Origin: Podarcis muralis
Lineage: Eukaryota
NCBI RefSeq assembly: GCF_964188315.1
Contig: NC_135656.1
Coordinates: forward strand, 121,272,001-121,336,000
Length of the DNA stretch: 64,000 nucleotides
Reading direction: 5' to 3'
Under the pieces are notes generated by a model. It was not told where the DNA came from, searched no databases, and saw only the letters and a list, made by a program, of their open reading frames with translations. The position numbers and the translations under genes are program-made. Of this stretch, positions 1 through 11,486 are shown one piece after another (position 1 is the stretch's first letter; every line of letters starts with the position of its first letter).

Positions 1-170
1 GTTTTTTAACTACTCTTACTTTGTATTTTTCTTTTTTCTTTTTTCTTTTTGTAAAATCTTAATAAATATCTTTTTTAAAAAAATAAATAAACCGAGGAAG
101 GATGAATATTCTGCTTTCTTCTGCATTAAATAATATAAATAAATTTGCTGTTATCAAAAAAAAAAAAAAT
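1..170 (+). mobile_element. 3' tails of L1-like retroelement(s) (AT-rich 3'UTR, AATAAA, poly-A)
   Basis: Two AATAAA plus A-tract ends (about 61-90 and 138-170). Homology to the A2 upstream region (26590 onward) starts immediately after the last A-tract, so this is an insertion whose 5' part lies outside the window. Confidence 0.5.
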
Positions 171-418
171 CAATATTGGCTGCTCTGACCAACAGGAGCT
201 ACCTGAGATCTCAAGCTGAGAAGGATTTCCCCCAACCTCTCTCCCATACTTGACCTCTTCAATTACACCTCCATTTCTGGATGAAGAGATTTCACTAGCA
301 AATCACACATGGGGGGTGCAGGTACAGGTGTGACAAAAAATTCTGCTCAGCTATGGATTACCAAGACTTAACATGGAATATAAATAATGCAAATGCTCCT
401 CAAAAGAGAAAAGAGATA

Positions 419-596
419 CAGTGGTAACTCAAGTTAAGTATTTAGCACCATTTCAGCTAATGGGGCCTCCTGCTACCGCTGCACCGCCGGAGCACAATTT
501 CTGTTCTCATCCTGAAGCAAAGTTCTTAACCTGAAGCACTATTTCTGGGTTAGCAGAGTCTATAACCTGAAGCGTATGTAACCTGAGGTACCACTG
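419..596. mobile_element. Tc1/mariner (Tigger/pogo-like) MITE
   Basis: Terminal inverted repeats CAGTGGTA(A/C)CTC...GAGGTACCACTG flanked by TA (417-418, 597-598). A longer copy lies at 26840-27065. Confidence 0.8.
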
Positions 597-769
597 TATT
601 TCGTGTGTTTTTTTGGGGGGGACACTGAAATTGGATCAAATTTGTTTACAAGAAACACACATTAGGAAAAAGGGTATCAGATATTTGATTAAAAAAGATT
701 AGGTGAGGAATTTATCTTTGCAGGACTGAAGGGGCTAAATGGAGATGTTCTTTATATACACATTCCCAG

Positions 770-950
770 TTCTGCCCCAAATGGATATTCTCTGATGAAC
801 AAAGTAGATATGTTGAGATGGAAGTTAATATCCAAGGAAATTAAATTTTGGTTGTAGGCGTACATGCACTCAAGGAAGACAAACCAGTATTTTATAAGGG
901 ACTTATGGAAAGGTTGACGGATTTTGCATATGAAAATTGGTCCCTCATGA
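770..950 (+). mobile_element. Degenerate L1 ORF2 endonuclease fragment
   Basis: Translation (..FSDEQSRYVEMEVNIQGN*ILVVGVHALKEDKPVFYKGLMERL..) resembles the intact L1 ORF2 in this window (..[39 protein letters not shown]..). Confidence 0.55.
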
Positions 951-1511
951 AAGTCAGGAATGGAGTGGACACTTCAATGCAGGACAGAACTTCACATAAA
1001 AATATCAAAACTTCCCAGGATAAAATAAAGAAATCCACTGGGAGCAGTCAAATACAACATTCCTTGTTTTCCTAGAGTGGACATGCAAAAGAATGTTTGG
1101 TCCAGCCAGTCAAACCTTCCTGTTCCTCCTGGCCTGGAGCATCCTTCCTTGCATGTGACTAGTGGGTGGCCATGACCTTTCCAGACCTGGTAAAAGGCCA
1201 AGGAATGCCGCCACTCTCTCTCTCTCTCTTTTTGGATCTTCTTTTTGTCCTGCAAACTTCCCAGACTGCTAACTGCAGTCACTAGTTCAACCTACATATG
1301 GGGTAAAACAGTTTGTATATGCTTGTAACATTACGCCTGCCTTCAGGGAGCACACTGTGCTCTGCCTGATTGTGAGTAAACTTTCTTTTTATTGCTTATG
1401 AATAAGACTGTGGTGCCTTTATTTTTTTAGGAGGGATTTGAAAAGGGATCTTACCAGGAACATACAATTCAATCTGAGGGGTATTGAATTGCATAATAGT
1501 AAGGGGTTCTA

Positions 1512-2029
1512 CTTAGGAGAAAAGCAATGACAAACCTAGATAGCATCATAAAAAACAGAGACATCACCTTGCCAACAAAGATCTGTATAGTTATAGCTAT
1601 GGTTTTCCAAGTAGTGATGTATGGAAGTGAGAGCTGGACCATAAAGAAGGCTGATCGCCGAAGAATTGATGCTTTTGAATTAGGGTGCTGGAGGAGACTC
1701 TTGAGAGTCCCATGGACTGCAAGAAGATCAAACCTGTCCATTCTGAAGGAAATCAGCCCTGAGTGCTCACTGAAAGGACTGATCCTGAAGCTGAGGCTCC
1801 AATACTTTGGCCACCTCATGAGAAGAGAAGACTCCCTGGAAAAGACCCTGATGTTGGGCACAAGGAGAAGGGGACGGCAGAGGACGAGATGGCTGGACAG
1901 TGTTCTTGAAGCTACCAGCATGAGTTTGACCAAACTGCGGGAGGCGGTGGAAGACAGGAGTGCCTGGCGTGCTCTGGTCCATGGGGTCACGAAGAGTTGG
2001 ACATGACTAAACGACTAAACAACAACAAC
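1512..2029 (+). mobile_element. 5'-truncated BovB (RTE clade) LINE
   Basis: ORF 1527-2006 (MTNLDSIIKNRDITLPTK...WRALVHGVTKS) is the typical BovB ORF C-terminus. It has a (CAA)n tail and an 11-bp TSD AAGGGGTTCTA at 1501-1511 and 2030-2040. Confidence 0.93.
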
Positions 2030-2249
2030 AAGGGGTTCTAACGAGCCTGCAACCAGATTTCTGCTGTGCCAGAGAATGGGAATGTAAACTCTGATAAGGA
2101 AAGGAACTTGTTAGTGCAAGTAAGGATGGATATTAATAAACAAGATGTCCTCTTCTTCCACCCTGAACATTCCCACACTAAATTCAGCCCAAACTCACCC
2201 CACTCCAATGGACTCTTGTTAAACTTGGGAGCTACACCTCTGATTTCTC

Positions 2250-2400
2250 ACAAACATGTTTCCCCCCACCTCCCAGCTCTGCCCCAACCCCCTGAGTCAC
2301 ACAAGGACTCCAAGATGTTGCAGAAGTGAACTTCCCCCTTTATAATTATCAAAATCATGGTAATTTATCCTTATTCTTGCCAAAGCTCAAGAGATATTTC
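2250..2400 (+). promoter_or_regulatory. Conserved non-coding block upstream of V2R exon 1 (candidate proximal promoter element)
   Basis: An exact 19-mer TTATAATTATCAAAATCAT at 2340-2358 recurs upstream of B1 (14428-14446), B2 (38512-38530) and B3 (56659-56677), with flanking similarity. Regulatory function is inferred. Confidence 0.5.
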
Positions 2401-2667
2401 TAGGGATTGCACAAACATCAGAAGCAAGGGTAGCACAAGGTTACTTATTGCACTGTACTGGTGGGAGCAGGAAGATAATTGCCCAGAATAAAAGTGTGAT
2501 TGAGTCAAGATTGATATGCATGTAGCTTAATGGTTCTGAAGAAGAACTGTATTGGTGAAACCACAGCAGATTGGGTGGAGTAAGAACTCTTTTTCTCTTT
2601 TGCTGATTGGCTAGCTCTAGGGGAGAGAGGAGCCACTCACAGGGGAGGTCTAGGAGGCAGAGCCAAA

Positions 2668-4014
2668 ATGAGAGTCTTGCTGCTTCTGCTTCTGCTGCTT
2701 CTGCTGATGCCCTTTCGAGTCTGTGAGAACCCAGAGGCAAAATGCCCCTTGAATCTGATCAAGGATGAAAATGAAGCACACGATTATTACCGGCCTGGAG
2801 ACTTCCTCATCAGCGGAATCATATCCCCAAGAAATTATCATAGGCAACTTCCATATGTATTTTCTGACACCCCGCTAACCAGACTTGAGGGGTAAGTAAG
2901 TATTTGCTGGTGGGTGTCATGTTTCTGGATCTCCACTCCATGGGTTCCTATTTACTAGGGAAATAGCCCCTATTTCAGGGCTGAAGAGCCTGTGGCCTTC
3001 CAAAAATTATACTGTGAAGTTTCCCTTCTGTCTTCAGGAAAAGTGCTGAATATAAAAGTAACATGTGCAAGAGTTACACAGTAATACGTTCATAAGGGTA
3101 AGGATCAGTACAGAAGGAGGTCTGACGAAGGAAATCAGGACTAATATAGGAGTCAGACAAGGTTGTCTGCTAGAATCACCCCTATTCAACCTCTATATTA
3201 ATAGTATTGTAACAAACTTGAACAAACTATACGAATTTTGCCAATCAGAGCAACTCAGAATTAATTACGCAAAATCAAAGGTGACTATTTTTGGCAAACG
3301 CACCCCCAAGTTTAATAGGAAAATAGCTGGAAAGAAAATGGATCAAGTTCCCTCAGGTACCCAGACAGTGTTGGTAGGTGTAAGAACTTGGGTGACAGTT
3401 ACAAATATATTCTCCTGATATTTGGGTGAGCATTAGATTCTTTGTCATTCTTTTCCCCTTCCGCCTTCTGGAGTTTACTCCTGGAAGCTGTTGGCAAAAT
3501 TAGTGTAAAACTATAATGAGATTGAGAAGAGAACAGTTTCCTCAGGGATTAAAAAATGAATTACAAGGCAACTTTCCTTCTGTGGGTCCCTCCTTTATAG
3601 CTGAAAGCAATACAAAAAATTCCTTCCAGTAGCACCTTAAAGACCAACTAAGTTAGTTCTTGGTATGAGCTTTTGTGTGCATGCACACTTCTTCAGATGC
3701 ACACGAAAGCTCATACCAAGAACTAACTTAGTTGGTCTTTAAGGTGCTACTGGAAGGAATTTTTTGTTTTGACTATGGCAGACCAACACGGCTACCTATC
3801 TGTAGCTGAAAGCAATGTTAGTCATGTTAGTGTCATTTAAATATGGGTGTTAATTGCATCAGTTGTGCTTGGGCCTGTCTCTTGCTTATCCTCTGATTCC
3901 TGTTCAGGGTTAGAAGGCCAGCTGTGGACCTCCTGAAAACAGGTCAAGGATATAGACATCTGTCATGACTCATTATGAAAGGGTCCGTCCCCCCAGCTTT
4001 TTCTCGTTGAAGGA

Positions 4015-4092
<78 letters not shown>

Positions 4093-5015
4093 TGTGTTTG
4101 TGTGTCTATGTGGGTGTGTTGGCTGATTTATAGCCTGCTGCATCCATTAGCCTTTCAGCCTTCAGACTGAGTCAAGCTTGCAGTTTGACTACAAAATCCT
4201 CATTGACTGCAGACTCTAATACATACTTAATACTTAGACAAGGTTTAATCTACTTGACTTAGTTTATAGTGTGTAGCTCATGATATGACAGTAGCTTCTA
4301 ACTTTATGCATATACTGTTAATAACTGTCTTCTTATAATCATAGAGACATAGGATTGTAGAGTTAGAAGGGACCCCAAGGGTCATCTAGTCCAACCCCCT
4401 GCAATGCAGGAATTATTACCCGAGGCAATAAAAAACAACATGTAAATAGAACTGTATGGGAAACGAATTTTCTTCATTGTCAACTCAGAAATGGCCGGGA
4501 ATGGTAAAGAGTAATGATCTTGAAGTTCTGCTGCAGGAATCCGCTGGTTACACAGCTACTATATACATGCTCTTAAAACATTATCAAATCTAAAAGAACT
4601 CCCCCCGCCCCAATGCCCCAATACAAAGTAATGTATGCAGTCAAGTGCAATGCATCTTGGGACTGAATTTGGCTCTGGGCATGGAACCATATTCCTAAGG
4701 ATCCTTCCTCACTTCTGTGTCTGCCAGCTAATCTCATGGACCCAAGACAGTCTCAGAGAAAGGGAACAGGAAGTGTATCTTGATGGCTTGCTTCAGAAAA
4801 GAGCTGCCCTGCCCATCATTGGTGGGGCTAAAAGGGACTTTTGTTGACAGCGCAATCCATGCCTGCTGAAAAGAAAATGCTAAGGATGCAGTAGATAAGC
4901 AGGGTGGGGATTGCAGCCTTATATCCCCTATTCCACAGACAAGAGTTCTCTGTTTCAGGAAAGGGGCATTTCCCCACTCCCTTTGAAGCAGCCGAGACTC
5001 CTGCAGCAATCACAG

Positions 5016-5073
<58 letters not shown>

Positions 5074-5707
5074 TGTGTGTGTTTAGTTGTTATGTTATTT
5101 GAAGACTGTGTGCTTCTATTCTACAATGAAGTGTGAATTTCCCCATTTTTTTCCTTAAGCGGCAAATGGGTTTTCACATTTGCAACAAGGATATGTCTCA
5201 CACAAACATACAGACCATTATTTGGAGTTCAAATAGTGTTTAGTTTTATTAAATGCTGAACAGCAGTTTGACAATTAATGATTATTATTGAATTGCAGGT
5301 TCACCCCTGTTTCCTACTGGTATGCCTTGTCCTTCTTGTTCACCATTCAAGAAATCAACCAGGATCCTACGCTTTTACCCAACATCACCCTGGGCTACAA
5401 CCTCTATGAGAACTATTTTGATGCCCGGAGGACATCTGAGGCCATGCTAGACCTGCTTGCAGGCAGGGAAGGCAATATTCCCAACTATCACTGTGGAAAA
5501 CAAAGCAAACTCCTGGCTGTTCTTGATGGAGCAAATTCTGTCATCTCGAAAGAGATTTCAGTCTTGTCAGGCATCTACAAAATCCCTCAGGTATTTGCAG
5601 GGGTGGGGCGCAGGAATGGAGGGACAGTGGAGAAGTTCAGCAATATAACAAGAATATCCAAAAATGAGAAAATCCTGAGCCATGGCTCCATGGCTTTTCT
5701 TCAAAGC

Positions 5708-5745
<38 letters not shown>

Positions 5746-8700
5746 TAATAAAACCAAGCCCCCACCACCTCACACACTCCCAATGCTTCAGAATAAAACT
5801 CTCAGCTTCAGCCAGCACACATTTTGTTAGATATTGATCATTCCAGGTTAGTATCTGGTCTTTTCTTCTGAAAGCAAAGTAAAACACCAAACTCTTCCAT
5901 TCCCCACTAGATCAGTTATGGCTTTATTGCTCAGGCACTTGAAGAAGTTCAGTTCCCTTTTGTCTACCGGATCGTCCCCAAAGAAGAAACTCAGTACCAT
6001 GGGATTGTTGAGTTGCTCCTGAATTTTGGATGGACATGGGTTGGCCTCATTGCTCCAGACAATGACAATGGAGAAAGGTTCACAAGTGCCTTGAGGTCTT
6101 TAATGATCGAAAAAGGAATTTGCATTGCATTATCAAAAAGATTTCCAGAAAAGAATGGTCATCAAATGCTTGGTCTAATTGAACCATTCATTACCTGGAC
6201 ACAAGTCAGTGTCATTGTTTACCACGAAATAAATCGAATGGGATGGATTCCAATCATGACACTACAAGGGACATATGGGAAAGAAATTGGGGCAAAAATC
6301 TGGATTGCGGCAGCTTTTCAGGACACCAATACCTATATGTCTTCTCCTCCTGTTCTGTTCCAGTACATCCATGGTTCTTTATCCTTTGTACTGAAGGCTC
6401 AAAGAAGGACCAGCTGTGGCTACAAGAGTCCATACTCATCTGCTCTCCAACAATTTTGGAACACAGCATTTCATTGTTCATATTCAAAGCATGTGTTGGC
6501 TGCAAAAGGCGAGACCAGATGCACAGAGGAGGAGAAACTGGAGATTCTGCCCAAAGAAGAGATGGAGACAGCCCTGTCTCAAGATAGCTACAACACTTAC
6601 TTCAACGTCCAAGTTGTTGCACATGCCTTAAATTATGCCTATTCATCTAGATCAAAGTGGATGGTGATGGGAGGTGGAAGAGACTGGTTGGAACATCAAA
6701 GGCTGCAGCCATGGCAGGTAATTCTTTCCCCATTTTTTCACACCGAAATTCATTGTCCCAGCCAGGTTTTTGGTGTTTTTTAACAAAATGTGTGATGTTC
6801 TGTTGTGTTTTTGTATATTGTGTTGGAAGTTGCGGCAACCCAGTCCGATAGGCAAGGTACAATAAAATAAAATAAATAAAATAAAATAAAATAAAACAAA
6901 ATAAAATACTACTAATAACTACAATAATAAATTCCAACTGCACAAGTTCCCCATCTCAACATACATAGAAAATAAAAGCCAAATGAATGGAAAGAATTGT
7001 TTCTGCTTACTTACACCCTTTATCAGTAGGAGTTACTGGTTGACATCTACTATGCAAGCCTGGACAGTGTGTTGGGAGGTCCTGGGCCGCCTAGAGCACA
7101 AGAATACCCCCCTCAGCCTCATTGGTATGGGCCAAAGGAAAGGAAAACAATATGTTGGGCACTAGGATGGATGCAGGAGTTGGCGGAAGGAGGAACACAA
7201 GATGCCCCCTAACCTGCTTTGGGACTCCAGATTTGTGTAGGGTTTACTCCTGAGCCTTTTCCTCTCCTGAAGATGCCTTACAGGGCAGCAGTTATGGGTT
7301 GTTCCTCAGGGTTTACTCCTGAAACCTTTCTCACAAATGTGCATGGCTGCAAGGCTGCATCCAAGCTTCCCTTCTCCTAGAAGGGCTGGCTTCAGGGGTG
7401 TCTTACCCATAGAGGAAAGTGATGTGGGGCACCAGGGCGTCAAGGAAGAGGTGGAGGTTGTTTGGGCCTCCCGGCATCAGCTCGCTCCCCTCACCTGTCT
7501 CGCTGCAGCAAATCCACTTTTGTGAGGCTTCTGGCAGAGGTCAAAGTTTTGTCAGAAGACCCCCACACTTTCTGGTGGTTCCTCCTTGCTGCCCACAGAG
7601 AGATCCAGCCTTCTCAGCTGGAGTTGGACCCTTCTCCTCTCTTCCTCTGTCCCTGCTGAGTCTTGAAGATGCCCATCAACAGTTAGTAGCACCTAGAAAA
7701 CAGACTGCACAGGCACAAGGGATCCTGGCCATAGGATTCTACACTTGGTTGAGATGTGCTCTCTTTTCATTTTTATCTCAGCATTTATATATTGACATTT
7801 GTCAAAAGCTGCCAGGCCAGCTTACAATACAGTAAAACAAAACAAAACAGTTTTAAAAAATGATACCAAACAACTGAATATAGTATAAAACACAATACAG
7901 AATACAGGCAGGATATCTGGTGTTTCCCTGTCACTGCAGCTTCACCCTTTCTTAAGAGAAATCCAGTTTTCAAATGGCTCAATCGATGGAATGCATTTGG
8001 ATGAAAATGGGAAGCTGCCAGCCGAGTTTGATATTGAGAACTGGGTGATGTTTCCCAATAAGTCTCGTGTCAGAGTGAAAATAGGGAGTATACAGAGAAG
8101 GGCATCCGTTGACATGAACTTCACCATTAGCCCAGAAGCCATTGTGTGGCCAAAACGGTTTAACCAGGTAAGGGACACTTGATTCCATGTGACATTCCTT
8201 AAGCTGCGAATATTTTTGAATAATACATCTGAGGCTTCAATTGCAATCCTTTGGACACTTAACAGGGAGTAAATCTCATTGGATATGGTGCAGGGGTTGG
8301 AACTGACAGCTCAGGGGGCCTTCATTGCCTAAAATGACTATGTGATGCAGATGGGATTTTATATCCATGGAGGAAATATATGCTTTCGTGTGCATGCAGA
8401 CTTCAGCTTATACCCAGAACAAACTTAGTTGGTCTCTGAGGTGCTTCTGGACAATTTTTTTTTATTTTTTTTATTTATTTCGACTGCGTCAGACCAACAC
8501 AGCTACCTACCTGAATCTATAATCATTTTTTTAGGCTACCATCTTCAGTAGCTGGTATGTTTTATTGCCTGTTTAATTGCTGTTGTTTTGTTGCTGCTGT
8601 TGTTCAGAGATTGTTACTGTATCTTTTGCCTTAAATATACTTATCTGGGATATGAATGTTGAAGGAAACACACCAAAGACATTTCCCTGCCATGTTGTTC

Positions 8701-10706
8701 TGCAAGAGAAGCGCTCTTGTGAACAAAGGGTTCAGAGCCAGTGGAACCAGAGATCCAGTTGGTTTGTTTCCAAACTCTATGAATAACCTCTATAGACCCA
8801 AAAACTCCTAACACTTTCCCCTTGATGTTCCTTTTTCCCTTTATGGCTAGACTGTGCCTTTCTCCAGGTGTACCAAAATCTGTCTGCCTGGATACACCAA
8901 AGTGGTTCAAGAAGGAAAGCCAATTTGCTGCTATTCTTGTGCTCCATGTGCAGAAGGGACAATCTCTACTTCTGAAGGTGGGTGACTCCAAGTTAGAAGG
9001 AGAATAGGAATAGGAATCTCTGGCCAAAAAGTGGAGAGCAAAGTGGAGAACTTTGGATGCACTGCCCACAATGCATTTATTTAGGGATATTAAATGGTGC
9101 GCTCAGTGAGTAAAGAGCCAAAACCACACGAAAAAGAAAATGAGTTAAAAAAAATTTTAAAATAGTAAATGTTCAGTTAGTGAAAGCACATTACAAAATA
9201 AAATAAATCATATGGAAATTATTACATGGAAGAAATACAAAAATGTTTGTACTACCTATCTAAAAACATATGTACAAACTTAATAGTGAGCAATTATCCT
9301 TCTAACAAAATTTCTCCAATCCAGCTAACTGAAATGTTGCTGGAGATGTTGGATAAATATTACTTATATAAAAGTAAATAATTGCAAATAGGTCAGAAGT
9401 GTAAAAGGGGGGGAACCCCAAATGATATGGGCCCCAGAAGACAAAATATGAACTGTAAAAGCTCAAAGTAAAGAGGCATGTCGTTGGTATTTGGTGAAAG
9501 CTGTACAATGTCGACACCAGACACATGTCTGTGGAGGTGAGAGTTTCTCAGCTATTCCTATATCCCAAGGTTGTTTGGGTGATAAAAAGCAAGGAAACCC
9601 CCTCTCTCCTTGAAGGAAAGGCAGGATGCTATGGTAAATGTTGAAAAAGGAAATAAACAAACTTTTGCCTCTCCCTCCCTACAATACCTTCTTCCCTGAT
9701 CACCCTTGCATCAGCATTATTCTTCCTGGTATTATACAACACAGATGGTTATTCATATGGATGATGTTTGGACACTCTTTTCTCCTTCTCCTTAGATGCA
9801 GATCATTGCATCAAATGTCCAGAAGACCAACATCCAAATAAAGACCGAGATCAATGTATCCACAAGATTATCACCTTCCTGGCTTATGAAGAATACTTGG
9901 GAATCATTTTAGCTTTCCTTTCCCTATTCCTGTCTTTGACAACAGGCTTTGTCTTAGGAATCTTCATTAAATACAAGGAAACACCCATAGTCAAAGCCAA
10001 CAACCGGGACCTCTCTTACATCCTCCTCATTTCTCTCCTGCTTTCCTTTTTGTCTTCCTTCCTGTTCGTTGGGGAGCCAAAGAAAGCGACTTGCCTTCTC
10101 CGGCAAACAGCTTTCAGCATCATCTTCTCCACTGCAGTTTCTTCTGTGTTGGCAAAAACCATCGCTGTGGTGCTGGCCTTTCTTGCTACTAAGCCAGGAA
10201 ACAGAGTCAGGAGATGGCTGGGGAAAAGTCTGATGAACTCCATTGTCATTTCCTGTTCCAGTGTCCAAGTGGTTATCTGCACAGTCTGGTTAGGGATCTC
10301 TTCTCCATTCCCAGAGTCTGACATGCACTCCCAGTCTGGACAGATCTTTGTGCAATGCAATGAAGGGTCTGTTGCTATGTTTTACAGTGCCCTTGGCTAC
10401 ATGGGCTTCCTGGCTGCCATCTGCTTCACAGTGGCTTTCCTAGCCAGGAAGCTGCCTGGGGCCTTCAATGAAGCCAAGCTGATCACCTTCAGCATGCTGG
10501 TTTTCTGCAGTGTTTGGGTGTCCTTTGTGCCCACCTACCTGAGCACCAAGGGGAAACACATGGTAGCCGTGCAGATCTTCTCTATTTTAGCGTCTAGTGC
10601 TGGGTTTCTCGGTTGTATCTTCCTCCCTAAGTGCTACATTATTACACTGAGGCCTGATCTGAATACAAAGGAGCACCTAACAACTCAAATTAAAGATGCC
10701 ATATGA
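2668..10706 (+). CDS. Vomeronasal type-2 receptor (V2R, class C GPCR), paralog A1, intact, 862 aa
   Basis: Exons 2668-2891, 5299-5590, 5911-6717, 7940-8167, 8851-8977, 9796-10706. All introns are GT-AG with compatible phases, total 2589 nt, no internal stop. Features: Leu-rich signal peptide, Venus flytrap exons ([16 protein letters not shown]), Cys-rich domain ([12 protein letters not shown]), 7TM motifs ([33 protein letters not shown]). Confidence 0.95.
3065..3345 (+). mobile_element. Non-LTR retrotransposon reverse-transcriptase fragment (clade unassigned)
   Basis: [18 protein letters not shown] and [10 protein letters not shown] motifs of LINE RT, internally deleted. A partly deleted copy lies at about 27835-27985. 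Confidence 0.7.
3612..3802. mobile_element. Penelope-like element remnant with inverted (hairpin) structure
   Basis: Inverted arms 3613-3682 and 3697-3766 (one mismatch). 14-bp TSD TAGCTGAAAGCAAT at 3598-3611 and 3803-3816. The site is empty in A2 (about 28225-28238). Family assignment rests on recalled reptile Penelope terminal sequence (GTAGCACCTTAAAGACCAAC...GAAAGCTCATACC). Confidence 0.7.
4019..4090. repeat. Compound (TC)n(TG)n microsatellite
   Basis: Directly visible. A second compound repeat lies at about 5018-5081. Both are collapsed in A2 intron 1. Confidence 0.95.
4338..4413 (-). mobile_element. CR1-type LINE 3' end fragment
   Basis: ATCATAGA..CATAG tail plus GAAGGGACCCCAAGGGTCATCTAGTCCAACCCCCTGC, the reverse complement of the common reptile CR1 3' end. 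A copy lies at about 28716-28790. Confidence 0.65.
8385..8515. mobile_element. Older Penelope-like remnant in A1 intron 4
   Basis: Similar to 3612-3802 (GCTTTCGTGTGCATGCA, ACTTAGTTGGTCT, CAGACCAACACAGCTACCTA). Shared with A2 at about 32652-32787. Confidence 0.6.
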
Positions 10707-10748
10707 TTCTCTAAGGGCTCAGCTACACAGCTGCAAATAAAACATTTT

Positions 10749-11226
10749 ATTTATTTTTGAATTTTATTTATTTATTAAAGTTCTTATGTTTCATCGGAAA
10801 ACATAATCATATTACATCACAAGGCTTATTGTACTATGATTTGCAACATGTATACAAAGTTTATATACTAAAAGAAGAAGGAAAAACAAAAAAAAATTCC
10901 AAAATCATATATGTACCAACACATTGAACTTCCTGTCTATCCTGTTGTATATTCATTTTTTTTTTACAAATGATTGTACTCTTTTATTGTATATTTCTTT
11001 ACATTTTATCTAATACATTCCTATATCAATATGTACCCTTGGTCTTATTTCTCAACGTCTCCAACGTCAATTGATTGCTAGCATAGATAGTGACCCTTTA
11101 CTGTATTTTTGAACATATATCTTATATCTATCCCACTTTTGCATAAATTTCTGTTTTGAGTTGCCTCTCAGGCTATTTGACAACTGCGCCATTTCAGCAA
11201 ATTCTTGTAGCTTGTTATGCCAATCC
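10749..11226 (-). mobile_element. Antisense 5'-truncated L1 3' fragment flanked by 118-bp direct repeats
   Basis: The minus strand reads DWHNKLQEFAEMAQLSNSLRGNSKQKFMQKWDRY (L1 ORF2 C-terminus-like), followed by a 3'UTR and A-rich tail. Direct repeats at 10631-10748 and 11227-11344. Confidence 0.8.
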
Positions 11227-11486
11227 GTGCTACATTATTGTACTGAGGCCTGATCTGAATACAAAGGAGCACCTAACCACAAAAATTAAATATGTCATGT
11301 GATTCCCTAAGGACTCAGCTAAATAGCTGCAAATAAAACATTTTAAATGTGTTTTGAAGTGCAATTTACAAATGTGACAGCAGATGACAACAGCGAGCTA
11401 TGCAAAATTCAATGTATTTTTCAAAAAGTTTTTTCTCTTCCTTTCCCATAAATAAGAATGATGAAAATGTATTTGTAATGTTGGGG

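Noticed and set aside
1469-1990. 173-aa minus-strand ORF
   Set aside because: Antisense shadow of the BovB ORF.
5709-5745. Short tandem arrays (ATTG)n, (AAAAT)n at about 6861-6905 and (AAT)n at about 18590-18636 as CRISPR-like or functional repeats
   Set aside because: Simple microsatellites without spacers in a vertebrate genome.
7337-7835. ORFs of 62-138 aa in A intron 3, identical in A2 (31608-32106)
   Set aside because: No recognisable domain. The identity is explained by the near-identical duplicated tract, not by coding constraint.
8822-9007. ORF-track frames over exon 5 (e.g. [17 protein letters not shown]) as the true exon reading frame
   Set aside because: Wrong frame. The acceptor at 8850 gives [22 protein letters not shown], the Cys-rich domain, with phases matching exons 4 and 6.
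9954-10360. Minus-strand ORFs of 97-120 aa opposite V2R exon 6 (also 23121-23483, 34225-34631, 49601-49963)
   Set aside because: Shadow frames of the 7TM coding exon. Their recurrence only reflects paralogy of the sense gene.
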